From: an uncultured Clostridia bacterium
GTDB lineage: Bacteria > Bacillota > Clostridia > TANB77 > CAG-508
Length of the DNA stretch: 64,000 nt
Direction: 5' to 3'
NCBI GenBank assembly: GCA_944387555.1
Contig: CALXFH010000002.1
Span: 12,041-76,040 of the forward strand
The position numbers were made by a program, and so were the translations under genes. The notes under the pieces were generated by a model, which had not been told where the DNA came from, made no database searches, and worked only from the letters and a program-made list of their open reading frames with translations. Positions 28,195 to 38,468 of this stretch are shown here, piece by piece (the stretch's first letter is position 1; each line of letters begins with the position of its first letter).

Positions 28195-29907
28195 CTATAA
28201 TACTGTTTTTATTTCTTCTGCCCTTTTAACTTTTTGTGTAGTTGTTTTTATTAATTCTTTATCTGTAATTGTAATTTCTCTTATGTATTTATAAGCAGGC
28301 ATTGTTTTATTTACCTTCTTTACTTCTTGCCAAATTTTTTCTTTAATTTCATTTTCATCTGTTGTTCCAAAAATATCTTTTGCATTTTCTTTATCATAAA
28401 CAATCTTAGCTGCTATTTTAAAATCACCATCATCCTCTGGTCTTCCGTAAACAAAACTTTCTTTTACTCCTTCAATTTTGTTTACTAAAATTTCTAATTC
28501 CTCTGGATAAATATTTTTTCCATTTTTTAATACAATTACAAACTTCTTTCTACCTGATATAAATATAAATCCATCTTTATCTATTTTTGCTAAATCTCCT
28601 GTATGTAGCCATCCATCAACTAATGTTTCTTTATTTGCTTCTTCATTATTATAATATCCAAGCATTATTGAAGGTCCTTTTGCAAGAAGTTCTCCTATTC
28701 CTTCTTCATTTGGATTATCTATTTTCACATCTAAACTTGGAAAAGCTTTTCCAATTGAACCAATTCTTCTATATTTATCATCTTCTGCAGCTATCACTGG
28801 TGAGCTTTCTGTTAAGCCATATCCTTGATACATTGTAAATCCTAAATCATTAAATCCTTTTTCTGTTTCTGGATCTAAAGCTGCTCCTCCTGCTACAAAT
28901 AACCTTACTTTTCCACCTAAAGTATCATGTATTTCTTTAAATAGTTTCTTTCTTATATCAATTCCAAATTTTAATAAAAAGTTACTTATTTTAATTCCTT
29001 TTTTTACTGTTCCAAGTTTTCCTTTTTTCTCTATTCCTTTCATTACTTTTCTATACATAGCTTCAAAAAGAATTGGGACAGATATCATTGCTGTTATTTG
29101 ATATTCTTTTATGTTCTCTGCAATATGACGTATTCCATCACAAAATGCAATTGCTCCGCCTATAGATACAGGGTATAAAAATCCTACAGTACACTCAAAT
29201 GTATGATGTAATGGTAAGAATGATAAAAATCTATCTTCTGATGTTACTTTAATTACAGATGTGATATCTTGTAAGTTACTACATATGTTTTTGTGTGATA
29301 ACATAACCGCCTTTGATATCGCAGTAGTTCCTGATGTAAATAACATTATTCCCATTTTTTCATTATCAATTTTTGCATCTAAGAAATCTCTATTTCCTTC
29401 TTCTAATAATTTTCTTCCTTCTTCAGTTAATTGTTTTTGTGATTTTACTCCATCTTCTTCTTTTTCTAAATCCATAGAAATAAAATATTTAAGGTTTGTA
29501 TTTCCTTGCTTTCTTATTCTATTCATAACCTCATCATATTTTTTAGAATAAAAAATTGCATCTACTTCTGAACGAATTATCAAACTTTCTATTTCATTAT
29601 CAGGAAGTGCTTTATCAAGTGGAACTATTACTCCTGTACCTGCTGCTACTGCTAGATAATCTACTCCCCATTCATATCTATTTTCTGATATTACAGCAAT
29701 TCTTTTATCTTTTAGTCCCATTTCTATTAATTTAGTTCCTAAAGCATTTATTTCATCTCTAAATTCTTTGTGCGTAATTTGTTTAAATTTTCCTGGTACA
29801 TCAGTTTTAAACAAATATGCTGGCTTATCACCATATTTTTCTCCTGATTTTTTTAACATATCTTTTAAATCTGTAAATTCTTCACACTTATAAATTGGTT
29901 TTCTCAT
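28195..29907 (-). CDS. AMP-dependent (long-chain) acyl-CoA synthetase
   Basis: AMP-binding motif LFTSGTTAISKAVMLSH plus YGLTE and GWLHTGD. Confidence 0.85.
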   Translation of the reverse strand: MRKPIYKCEEFTDLKDMLKKSGEKYGDKPAYLFKTDVPGKFKQITHKEFRDEINALGTKLIEMGLKDKRIAVISENRYEWGVDYLAVAAGTGVIVPLDKALPDNEIESLIIRSEVDAIFYSKKYDEVMNRIRKQGNTNLKYFISMDLEKEEDGVKSQKQLTEEGRKLLEEGNRDFLDAKIDNEKMGIMLFTSGTTAISKAVMLSHKNICSNLQDITSVIKVTSEDRFLSFLPLHHTFECTVGFLYPVSIGGAIAFCDGIRHIAENIKEYQITAMISVPILFEAMYRKVMKGIEKKGKLGTVKKGIKISNFLLKFGIDIRKKLFKEIHDTLGGKVRLFVAGGAALDPETEKGFNDLGFTMYQGYGLTESSPVIAAEDDKYRRIGSIGKAFPSLDVKIDNPNEEGIGELLAKGPSIMLGYYNNEEANKETLVDGWLHTGDLAKIDKDGFIFISGRKKFVIVLKNGKNIYPEELEILVNKIEGVKESFVYGRPEDDGDFKIAAKIVYDKENAKDIFGTTDENEIKEKIWQEVKKVNKTMPAYKYIREITITDKELIKTTTQKVKRAEEIKTVL

Positions 29908-29920
29908 CTTTTCTTCCCCT

Positions 29921-30490
29921 CTACTTCACTTTTAAACCTTCTATAATTGTACTTTCAAATTCTTTGTACAATTTCATAATATCTATTTCTTCATTGCTTC
30001 TTATTTTATAAACCAAGCTTGAACCTATCAAGCCATAAATTTCAGAAGCAATTGCTTGCACATTTCCTTTTTTTATTTCTCCTCTTTTTATTCCTTCTTC
30101 TACAATTTGCTCTATCTTATATATATATGATAAAATATGTTTTTTACAAGTTTGATTTCTTGCTTCATTTCCCCAAAATTGACTAAGTAATATAGTTATT
30201 AAATCTTCATATTTAACAACTATTTTTATTTGAATTAAAACAATCGCTTTTATTTTATCAATATAATTTGGAAACTTTGCTGTTTTGATATCAATGCTAT
30301 TTTGCAAAAGTTTCATTCCCTCTTCTATTAAAAAATTAAATATTTCTTCCTTACTAGAGAAATGATAATATAATGTTCCCTTTGCTACACCTACTGTTGC
30401 TGTTATTTCTTCAATACTTGTAGCATCATATCCTTTTTCAGCGAATAGTTTCATTGAGGTTTCAAATATTTTTCTTTTTGTCTTATTCAT
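29921..30490 (-). CDS. TetR/AcrR-family transcriptional regulator
   Basis: N-terminal HTH FAEKGYDATSIEEITATVGVAKGTLYYHF. Confidence 0.85.
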   Translation of the reverse strand: MNKTKRKIFETSMKLFAEKGYDATSIEEITATVGVAKGTLYYHFSSKEEIFNFLIEEGMKLLQNSIDIKTAKFPNYIDKIKAIVLIQIKIVVKYEDLITILLSQFWGNEARNQTCKKHILSYIYKIEQIVEEGIKRGEIKKGNVQAIASEIYGLIGSSLVYKIRSNEEIDIMKLYKEFESTIIEGLKVK

Positions 30491-30647
30491 CTTTTACCAC
30501 CTTTCAACCTGTGATAACTATCTATTATTATATATATATTTATTCAACTTTGCAATACTTTTATGTAATTTTGAATGACTATTCCAAAAAATAAAAATCC
30601 ATCTATTCCTTAGAATAAATGGACAAGTCCCTATATTTTTCACCCTA

Positions 30648-31118
30648 TTAATTTTTTACTATTTTTAAATTATGTATTCTTTCTAATGCTATTAATCTAT
30701 TATCAAATTCTTTATGTTCTTTTGTATTTTCCTCAAAACCTTTTTCAACTCTTTCTGAAAGTTGCGATAATTTCAGATTTCCAAGTCTTAATTCTTCTAA
30801 TATATCATCTTGTGTTTTCTTCATTTGTTGTTGTTCTACTTGCACTTGTCCTAATGTCTTTTTCATTTCCTTTTGTTCTTTTTTCATTTCAGTTTGAATT
30901 TTTTTCATAGATTTTTGATTTTTCTTAAGTGTTACAACATCTTCTTTTAATCCTGATACATCTTCCTTTAAACCTGACACATCTTCTTTTAATCCAGATA
31001 CATCTTCTTTTAATCCTGATACATCTTCTTTAATAATTGCCTGGTCGTTTTTAATTGTACTAATATCATTTTGCATATTTAAAAGAATATCTAAAATTTT
31101 ATCTTCCACAATATTCAC
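30648..31118 (-). CDS. coiled-coil protein with KEDVSGL heptad tandem repeats (unknown function)
   Basis: KEDVSGL repeated 4 times, then a K/Q/E-rich coiled coil. The true start may be the second in-frame GTG at 31109. Confidence 0.5.
   Translation of the reverse strand: MNIVEDKILDILLNMQNDISTIKNDQAIIKEDVSGLKEDVSGLKEDVSGLKEDVSGLKEDVVTLKKNQKSMKKIQTEMKKEQKEMKKTLGQVQVEQQQMKKTQDDILEELRLGNLKLSQLSERVEKGFEENTKEHKEFDNRLIALERIHNLKIVKN
30937..31033 (-). repeat. 21-bp in-frame tandem repeat, ~4.6 copies
   Basis: Unit acatcttcttttaatcctgat with single-base variants. Confidence 0.85.
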
Positions 31119-31429
31119 CTCCGTTCTTTAAAAAATTAATTTTGTTATTACATTTATTTAATACATATATTTTTCTAAAATTAAGAACTAAGCTAGAATA
31201 TTTATGAACAAAATTATTTAGAAAAAAAATCAAAGAATTAAATTAAATGTAAACTTTATATTTGTTTAATTTATTAAATTCAAATATAAAGTATAATTAT
31301 ACTAACATATTTTTTCTTTAAATGCAAATCTTTTTTAAAAAATCTTTAAAATTTATTTACTTTTTTCTTTAACTAATATAAAATAACTGTGAACTGGATA
31401 TAATAAAGAAAAAATTATGGAGGAAACAA

Positions 31430-33814
31430 ATGAAAAACAAAAATGAATTAAATTATAAAGATTTAAAAATGACTTGTAATCCTAATATCTTTAATTTTGA
31501 TACTACAGCTGATTTAGAGCCAATACAAGACGGTATTGGTCAAGACCGTGGTATTAAAGCTTTAGAATTTGGTTTACAAGTAGACGTTAAAGGTTATAAC
31601 TTATATATTGAGGGACCAAGTGGAGTCGGAAAAACTTTATATACAAAAAATTACTTAAATAAAATAGCAGCAAAGAAAAAAGTTCCATCTGATTGGTGTT
31701 ATATTTATAACTTTGAAAATCCAAATGAGCCAATTGCAGTTGAATTACCTGCAGGACAAGGTAAAGAATTTAAAGAAGCAATGGATGGATTCATAAAAGA
31801 AATTAGAAAAGATATTAGAAAAACTTTCAATAATGATGATTTTGAAAAAGAAAAAGCATTAATAAAACAAGAATTTGAAGAAAAGCGATCTGCACTTCTT
31901 GATAAATTAAATGAAGATGCTTCAAAACATAATTTTCAAGTAAAAACTGCACAAAATGGTATCTATATGATGCCTATTGTTGATGGTAGAGTTATTGAAG
32001 AAGAAGAATTCGATAAACTAGATGATGAAATAAAAAAAGAATATGAAGAAAAATCAGTAATAGTTCAAGAACAGATTATGAATGTTATAAGTAAAATAAA
32101 AGAAATTGAACGTGAGTCAGATAAGAGAATATCAGAATGGCAATCAAATGTGGCTCTTCTTACTGTAAATGTTCATATTAATTACTTAAAATCAAAATAT
32201 AAGAGAAACAAGAAAATAAATAAATTCTTAAATGATGTTAAACAAGATGTATTAAAAAATATCCCTACATTTTTGGAGGATCCATCAAAAGCACAAGCAG
32301 CACAACCAAACCCAGCAATGAGAAAGCCAGACCCTTGTTTGAATTATAGAGTTAACTTATTTATTGATAATTCAAATAGAGAAGGTGCACCTGTTATTAT
32401 GGATTCTAATTATTCATATAATAATATTTTTGGTGCTATTGAATATGAAAATTATTATGGTTCTTTAAAAACTGACCATACTATGTTAAAACCTGGTCTT
32501 ATGCAACAAGCAAATGGAGGTTATATTATATTCCAAGCAAAAGACTTGCTTGCAAATGGTGCTTGTTATGAAGCTTTGAAAAAAGCTTTAAGAATAAAAG
32601 AATTAGGTATTGAAAATCAAGCAGAACAACGTTCTTCAATGGTTTTGATTTCTTTAAAACCTGAGCCTATTCCTCTTAATTTAAAAGTTATTTTGATTGG
32701 AAATAGCAGTATATACCAAACTTTACTTTCTATGGATTCTGACTTTAAGAAACTATTTAAAATAAAAGTAGAATTCGAAGAAACAGCTGTTGCAAATAAT
32801 GAAAACCTAAATAAACTTGCTCAAATTATTCATGGATTTTGTGAACATCAAGAATTACCTGAACTAGACAAAGGTGCTATGGCTCGTTTAGTTGAATATT
32901 CTTCAAAACTTGCTGGCAGTCATAGTAAAGTTTCTACTAGATTTGATGATTTGATGCAAGTAGTTGGTGAAGCCGCTACTTGGGCAAAACTTTCTAGGTC
33001 AAAGATTGTAACAGAAAAACATGTACTTAAAGCCTTAGAAGAAAGAGTTGAAAGAGTAAAAAAATATGATGAAAGATATTTAGAAATGATTGAAGAGAAT
33101 ACTCTTTTAATTGATACTTCTGGTTATAAAGTTGGTCAACTAAATGGTCTAACAGTTATGTCTGTTGGTGATTATACATTTGGTAAACCCGCTAAAATTA
33201 CTGTTAACACTTATACTGGAAAAAATGGAATTGTAAATATAGAAAGAGAAGTTGAAATTTCAGGTCCTTCTCATTCAAAAGGTGTTCTTATTCTTACAGG
33301 ATATTTAGGAGAAATGTTTGCACAAGATATGCCTTTATGCTTGACAGCAAGCATTTGCTTCGAACAGTTATATAACGGTGTTGATGGAGACAGTGCTTCT
33401 AGTACAGAACTTTATGGATTACTTTCTAGTTTATCAGGCATACCTATTAATCAAGCAATTGCTGTTACCGGATCTGTTAATCAAAAAGGACAAATACAAC
33501 CAATTGGCGGAGTAAATGAAAAAATAGAAGGATATTTCCAAGTTTGTAAAGTTCGTGGATTAGATGGTTCACATGGTGTTATGATACCTGTTCAAAATAT
33601 AGATAATTTACAATTGTCTGATGAAATTATTCAAGCTGTAAAAGATAAGAAATTCCACATCTATGCAGTTTCTACTATTGAAGAAGGTATAGAAGTTTTA
33701 ACTGGTGTTCCTGCAGGTAAAAAAGATAAAGATGGCCATTTCCCAGCTGGAACAGTAAATCGTCTTGTTTATGAAAAACTCAAAAAATATGCAAAAATAA
33801 ATGAAAATAGATAA
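31430..33814 (+). CDS. Lon-related ATP-dependent protease (COG1067-type, AAA+ plus Lon proteolytic domain)
   Basis: Walker A GPSGVGKT and a C-terminal Lon S16-type domain (DGDSASSTELYGLLS, GGVNEKIEG). Confidence 0.8.
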   Translation: MKNKNELNYKDLKMTCNPNIFNFDTTADLEPIQDGIGQDRGIKALEFGLQVDVKGYNLYIEGPSGVGKTLYTKNYLNKIAAKKKVPSDWCYIYNFENPNEPIAVELPAGQGKEFKEAMDGFIKEIRKDIRKTFNNDDFEKEKALIKQEFEEKRSALLDKLNEDASKHNFQVKTAQNGIYMMPIVDGRVIEEEEFDKLDDEIKKEYEEKSVIVQEQIMNVISKIKEIERESDKRISEWQSNVALLTVNVHINYLKSKYKRNKKINKFLNDVKQDVLKNIPTFLEDPSKAQAAQPNPAMRKPDPCLNYRVNLFIDNSNREGAPVIMDSNYSYNNIFGAIEYENYYGSLKTDHTMLKPGLMQQANGGYIIFQAKDLLANGACYEALKKALRIKELGIENQAEQRSSMVLISLKPEPIPLNLKVILIGNSSIYQTLLSMDSDFKKLFKIKVEFEETAVANNENLNKLAQIIHGFCEHQELPELDKGAMARLVEYSSKLAGSHSKVSTRFDDLMQVVGEAATWAKLSRSKIVTEKHVLKALEERVERVKKYDERYLEMIEENTLLIDTSGYKVGQLNGLTVMSVGDYTFGKPAKITVNTYTGKNGIVNIEREVEISGPSHSKGVLILTGYLGEMFAQDMPLCLTASICFEQLYNGVDGDSASSTELYGLLSSLSGIPINQAIAVTGSVNQKGQIQPIGGVNEKIEGYFQVCKVRGLDGSHGVMIPVQNIDNLQLSDEIIQAVKDKKFHIYAVSTIEEGIEVLTGVPAGKKDKDGHFPAGTVNRLVYEKLKKYAKINENR

Positions 33815-33820
33815 AAAATA

Positions 33821-33850
33821 AGGCAAAGCATTAAAAAGCTTTGTCTTTTA
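33821..33850. terminator. hairpin between convergent lon-like and DUF4363 genes
   Basis: aggcaaagc-attaaaaa-gctttgtct; weak T-run. Confidence 0.4.
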
Positions 33851-34252
33851 AAATATATTTTTTAAATTAAATGCATATTTTTCTTGTATATGTTTTAATA
33901 CAAATATGCTTTCATCTAATTCTTTTATAGCTTCTGCATATTCTTCTGTCTCTGCCAAGCTATCTAATGCTGTTAAATTATTGTCTACTTTTTCTAACTC
34001 ATTGTGTTCTATATAATATGCAAGTTTATCATGTCTTGAATCCCAGTTTTCCCTTATTGTATCTATTTCATCTATTATCTCTTTATTTGATTTTCCTTCT
34101 TTACTATCAATATTATCCATTAAATCTGTTTTTAGTGCTTCTAATCTATTCGATAAAGTTTCTACCGAATCCTTTGTATATTTTTGGGTTATAACATTTG
34201 CAACAATAATTACAATTACAATAATTATACAAATTATCGTTTCTTTTTTCAT
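33848..34252 (-). CDS. DUF4363-like small membrane-anchored protein
   Basis: N-terminal TM helix plus a helical domain. Overlaps and follows a DUF421 gene, the usual pairing. Confidence 0.45.
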   Translation of the reverse strand: MKKETIICIIIVIVIIVANVITQKYTKDSVETLSNRLEALKTDLMDNIDSKEGKSNKEIIDEIDTIRENWDSRHDKLAYYIEHNELEKVDNNLTALDSLAETEEYAEAIKELDESIFVLKHIQEKYAFNLKNIF

Positions 34253-34926
34253 ACGCCTTTCTCCTTTTTCTGGCAGAATATCTGACCTTTTCCATCAAAT
34301 GTAACAACCAAAGCTTCTTCTGGTTTCATATTAAATTTTTCTACTTGTTTTTTTAGCCATTTATAGTCTTTTCCTATTGCTTTTAAATTTTCTTGCATTA
34401 CTTTTCCATCTACTACTAAATCATATGGTATTCCTTCATATTCTGGCATAATATTAAAATCTTGTGGAATTGTATTTCTTTTATCTGGCTTTTGTATTAC
34501 TGTTACTTGTCCACTTGTTTCTAGTATTGCATATTCTACATCTCCTAAATTAATTACATTATTTCCTCTTAGTCTTTCTTCTAGTTCATTTATTGTAAAT
34601 CTTTCCCTTTTTAAATTATTTTCATTAATTTTTCCACGATATATTAGAATGCTTGGTCTTCCACAAATTATTTCTCTTGCTTTTGAACTTTTTAAATTTA
34701 TTATTGAAATAACAAGATGCATAATTAATAATCCAAGTATTGGTATTATTCCATTAAATATTGGTACTCCTGTATCTGTCATAGGAATTGATGCTAAGTC
34801 TGCTATCATAATAGAAATTGCAAGCTCAAATGGTTGAAGCTGACCTATTTCTCTTTTTCCCATTAACCTCATAACTATTAAAACTATTATATATAAAACA
34901 ATTGATCTAAAAAAAGTAATTAACAT
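34249..34926 (-). CDS. DUF421 (YetF-like) membrane protein
   Basis: MRLMGKREIGQLQPFELAISIMIADLAS is the typical YetF N-terminus. Confidence 0.6.
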   Translation of the reverse strand: MLITFFRSIVLYIIVLIVMRLMGKREIGQLQPFELAISIMIADLASIPMTDTGVPIFNGIIPILGLLIMHLVISIINLKSSKAREIICGRPSILIYRGKINENNLKRERFTINELEERLRGNNVINLGDVEYAILETSGQVTVIQKPDKRNTIPQDFNIMPEYEGIPYDLVVDGKVMQENLKAIGKDYKWLKKQVEKFNMKPEEALVVTFDGKGQIFCQKKEKGV

Positions 34927-35087
34927 TTATTAACACCACTTTTAAATTTTATTTTATATTATTTTTAACAAATTTTTACTCTTCTATACAAGATTTTTTA
35001 GTATAAATAAATTATTTTTGTGAATAATAAAATTAGAACCTTAAAATTTTTACATTATGAATCTAATAACTAAGGAGGTTATTTAAA

Positions 35088-35462
35088 ATGTCAGAAACGG
35101 ACACAAATCAAGCTCAAAGTGGAGCTTCTACTGCTTGGCAAATAATTGGAAGATTAGTTGCTTCAGCTGTAGTTTTAGCAATTACTGCATTTTTTACACC
35201 AAGTTTTACTATTAATAATATCTGGACATTAGCAATAGCTGCTATCGTTTTAACAGCAATTGATTATTTAGTAGTTAAATTTACAGGATTACACGCAAGT
35301 CCTTTTGGTAAAGGTTTTGTTGGTTTTGCTTTAGCTGCTATTACTTTATATGTAACACAATTCTTTGTAGCTGGTTATTCTATTTCTTGGATGGCTGCAA
35401 TTATTGGTGCTTTAATCTATGGTGTAGTTGATTACTTTATCCCTGGAAATCAACAAATGTAG
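35088..35462 (+). CDS. small 4-TM membrane protein (holin-4-like; function uncertain)
   Basis: Four hydrophobic helices, 124 aa. Confidence 0.35.
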   Translation: MSETDTNQAQSGASTAWQIIGRLVASAVVLAITAFFTPSFTINNIWTLAIAAIVLTAIDYLVVKFTGLHASPFGKGFVGFALAAITLYVTQFFVAGYSISWMAAIIGALIYGVVDYFIPGNQQM

Positions 35463-35470
35463 TAGAAAAA

Positions 35471-35503
35471 CAGGCCAAGAGTTTTCTCTTGACCTGCTTT
35501 TTT
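35471..35503. terminator. bidirectional intrinsic terminator
   Basis: caggccaagag-tttt-ctcttgacctg with T-runs on both strands. Confidence 0.65.
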
Positions 35504-35753
35504 AATTAGATTCGGCTTCTATTTTGTCATAGCAATAATTCAATATCTGGCTTTTAAGCTCACTTTCTAAAGTCTTTGAAAGTTTATCTGAAAGTTTAAA
35601 ATATCCCAAATAAACCTCCTCTCTTTTTTGTTCAATCTCGATATCTACATCTGCCCATGCGAATCTTTCTCCGTCACGATATACATATACTTTATAGTAA
35701 TATTCAATATTACTAATATGCATATCTTCTGACCTAAACGTATACTTTGTCAC
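35502..35753 (-). CDS. hypothetical small protein
   Basis: 83-aa ORF with terminator downstream; no family recognised. Confidence 0.4.
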   Translation of the reverse strand: MTKYTFRSEDMHISNIEYYYKVYVYRDGERFAWADVDIEIEQKREEVYLGYFKLSDKLSKTLESELKSQILNYCYDKIEAESN

Positions 35754-35890
35754 AAGTACTCCCTTCTTTGCTGTATTTACAGCAAAATATAACCACCAAA
35801 ATATACCTATCTATTATAAATCATTTTTTTCTAAATGTCAATTACTGGGAAAATCAAAAAATATAAAAGAATTTTGTAAATCCTCGCATA

Positions 35891-35934
35891 AATCTCATTA
35901 AAAGAAAAGTAGTAGAAAAATTCTACTACTTTTC
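35891..35934 (-). terminator. intrinsic terminator of the 35967-36227 gene
   Basis: 14-bp stem gaaaagtagtagaa / ttctactacttttc followed by a T-run on the minus strand. Confidence 0.7.
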
Positions 35935-35966
35935 TCCTGTAAAAAACTTTTCTAGCAAAGCTCAAA

Positions 35967-36227
35967 TTACTTTTTGCCACAAATGAATTTTACATCTTTT
36001 GCACATTGCTTTATTGCCTTTTCTGCAATTTCTTGCACTTTCTCAGAAGGCAAATTGCAATGTTCATCATTTGCATACCATGTTGTTTTATTGAGCTCCG
36101 CATTGTGCAATATTGTGATTTCAATATTTAATTCAGTAGCCCCTTCACTCTTAGTCCAGTAATCAAATGAGAAATATGGATAATCTATTGCAACACATTT
36201 CATAAAAAAGTCTCTTACATTTGCCAT
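35967..36227 (-). CDS. hypothetical small protein
   Basis: 86-aa ORF with strong terminator. Confidence 0.4.
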   Translation of the reverse strand: MANVRDFFMKCVAIDYPYFSFDYWTKSEGATELNIEITILHNAELNKTTWYANDEHCNLPSEKVQEIAEKAIKQCAKDVKFICGKK

Positions 36228-36337
36228 TTTGTAATCCTTTCTCCTACATTTGTAGTTAGAAAACTACTGCCGACTACATAATAAAATTCTACCACAAATT
36301 TACATAAAAGTCAATAAAAAGAAGTCACTTGGACTTC

Positions 36338-37003
36338 TTAGAATTTTTCTACTATTTCATTTTTATTTTTATAAATACTTTTTGGTGGAATAACTCCTCT
36401 TACACAAGATAGTGGATAAATATTAGTATTTCTTCCAATTACAGTTCCTGGATTTAAAACACTATTACATCCAACTTCTACATTATCACCAAGCATTGCA
36501 CCAAATTTCTTTAATCCTGTTTCTATTTTTTCTATTCCGTTTTTTACTATTACAAGTTTTTTATCTGATTTAACATTAGAAGTAATTGATCCTGCTCCCA
36601 TATGAGCTTTAAATCCTAATATTGAGTCTCCTACATAATTATAATGTGGCACTTGTACTTTATTAAATAAAATAACATTTTTAAGTTCTGTTGAGTTTCC
36701 AACAACTGCACCATTACCTACAATTGCTTTTCCTCTAATAAAAGCACAATGTCTTACTTCTGCATCTTCTCCAATAATTGCTGGTCCATTTATGTATGCT
36801 GTAGGATATACTTTTGCTGATTTTGCAACCCAGATGTTTTCTCCTCTTTTTTCATATTTATCTGGATCTAATTTATTTCCAAGTTCTATTATAAACTCTT
36901 CTATTTTAGGTAATACCTCCCAAGGATATGTTACACTTTCAAGCAACTCTTTTGCAATTGTTTCATCTAAATTGTATAAATTTTTTATTTTACATTCTTC
37001 CAT
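36338..37003 (-). CDS. left-handed beta-helix (hexapeptide-repeat) acyl/acetyltransferase, GlmU-C-terminal-like
   Basis: Hexapeptide repeats (IGEDAEV, VGNGAVVGN, LGDNVEVG). Preferred start is ATG 37003 after AAGGAGA. Confidence 0.65.
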   Translation of the reverse strand: MEECKIKNLYNLDETIAKELLESVTYPWEVLPKIEEFIIELGNKLDPDKYEKRGENIWVAKSAKVYPTAYINGPAIIGEDAEVRHCAFIRGKAIVGNGAVVGNSTELKNVILFNKVQVPHYNYVGDSILGFKAHMGAGSITSNVKSDKKLVIVKNGIEKIETGLKKFGAMLGDNVEVGCNSVLNPGTVIGRNTNIYPLSCVRGVIPPKSIYKNKNEIVEKF

Positions 37004-37016
37004 AGCTCTTATCTCC

Positions 37017-38273
37017 TTAAACTTTTTTATTTTGTCTATTCCAATATTTTTCATATAATTCTTTTGCTGTTTTTGGACTATCTACACCTTCTCTATTTTT
37101 AACAGGTGCAAAATCGTCTTCTCTTTTTCCTCTAAGAATAGCTATATCATCAAAGAATTCAAAAGCATCAAAAATAAATGATTCAAATTTATAAGAATTT
37201 GGTTCTGTTGGAATTACTTCTTTTCCATCTTCATCTATATATGAATTCTTCTTAAAAGCACTATGATATATAAGTGGCTCTTTACTTATCTTTTCAATAG
37301 CATCAATAGTAAATAGATTACACATAATATGTGACTCACCATATTTTAATTCTCCATCACTATCTACTTCTTCTGCCATTTTTTCTGGAAGTTCTGTATA
37401 CTCAATTACTTTTGGATGACCATTCATCTTACAAAATACTCCAACCTTTTCATGTGGATTAGCTTTTACAACTGATTTAGAAGCAATTTGCACACCTTTA
37501 TCAATTGCCATACCAAGAAGTGTTATATCTGCCATTTTAAGAAGAGCATTATCAACACTACCAATAAATACCCATTTAATTCCTTTATCTTTCATATCTG
37601 CTAAAGCACCACTTGCTCTTAATGATGAATATGTTCCACCATTTCCATCTGATGCCTCTTTTATCTTCATATCTTTACTTATTAATAATTTTCCTTCTGT
37701 ATCAACTAAAGGAAGCTCACTTTGAGTAAATATAGTTATCGCTTCTTTAGGATATCCAAAAAATTTATGTTTTTCTAAGAAATCTACAGTTTCCTTATTA
37801 TTTTCTTTGCTTGTCATTATATACCAAGGAATAACTGTATTATATTTTTCATTTGCTTCTGCAAGATTATCTTTTAAGATTTCAAATAAGTATTTTCCTT
37901 TTCCATAAACATCTAATTTAAAAGTTCCTTTAGGTCCATTATGTCCTAATCTTGTTCCCTGTCCTCCTGCCATTGTTACAACTGCATACTTACCACTTCT
38001 AATAATATCTTCACCTAATTTATCAAATTTTTCTTTTTGTTCCTTTGATAATTTTGCCTTATCTAAATATGCAATAGATTCTATCTTATTTTCTTTTATC
38101 TCAATTTCTTTTTTTGTATTATCATATAATTCCATTATTTGCTGAAAATCAATTCTATCAATTTGATTTAATAATTCTTGTTTTTTTACTTCATCTAATT
38201 TATTTAATAAATTCACAATATGATTTTGATTATATTTCTTAAGTAATTCTATTGCTTCTTGCTCTTTATCCAT
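37017..38273 (-). CDS. UDP-sugar (UDP-N-acetylhexosamine/UDP-glucose) pyrophosphorylase, UDPGP family
   Basis: MAGGQGTRLGHNGPKGTF nucleotide-binding motif; 418 aa. Confidence 0.75.
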   Translation of the reverse strand: MDKEQEAIELLKKYNQNHIVNLLNKLDEVKKQELLNQIDRIDFQQIMELYDNTKKEIEIKENKIESIAYLDKAKLSKEQKEKFDKLGEDIIRSGKYAVVTMAGGQGTRLGHNGPKGTFKLDVYGKGKYLFEILKDNLAEANEKYNTVIPWYIMTSKENNKETVDFLEKHKFFGYPKEAITIFTQSELPLVDTEGKLLISKDMKIKEASDGNGGTYSSLRASGALADMKDKGIKWVFIGSVDNALLKMADITLLGMAIDKGVQIASKSVVKANPHEKVGVFCKMNGHPKVIEYTELPEKMAEEVDSDGELKYGESHIMCNLFTIDAIEKISKEPLIYHSAFKKNSYIDEDGKEVIPTEPNSYKFESFIFDAFEFFDDIAILRGKREDDFAPVKNREGVDSPKTAKELYEKYWNRQNKKV

Positions 38274-38468
38274 ATTAATTCCATCCCTTCATGTGTATTA
38301 ATCTATTATATGTTACTTCTTCTAATATTGCCATTCTATCATAACAACTTAATTTTATCAAGTTTTTTAGAAAACTTGTCATATTCTAAAAATTTCTCCA
38401 ATATATATTAACTAAAAGAATTTAAAGTAGTACAAACATTTTCTTGAAAGATTTGAAGGAGGTATATA

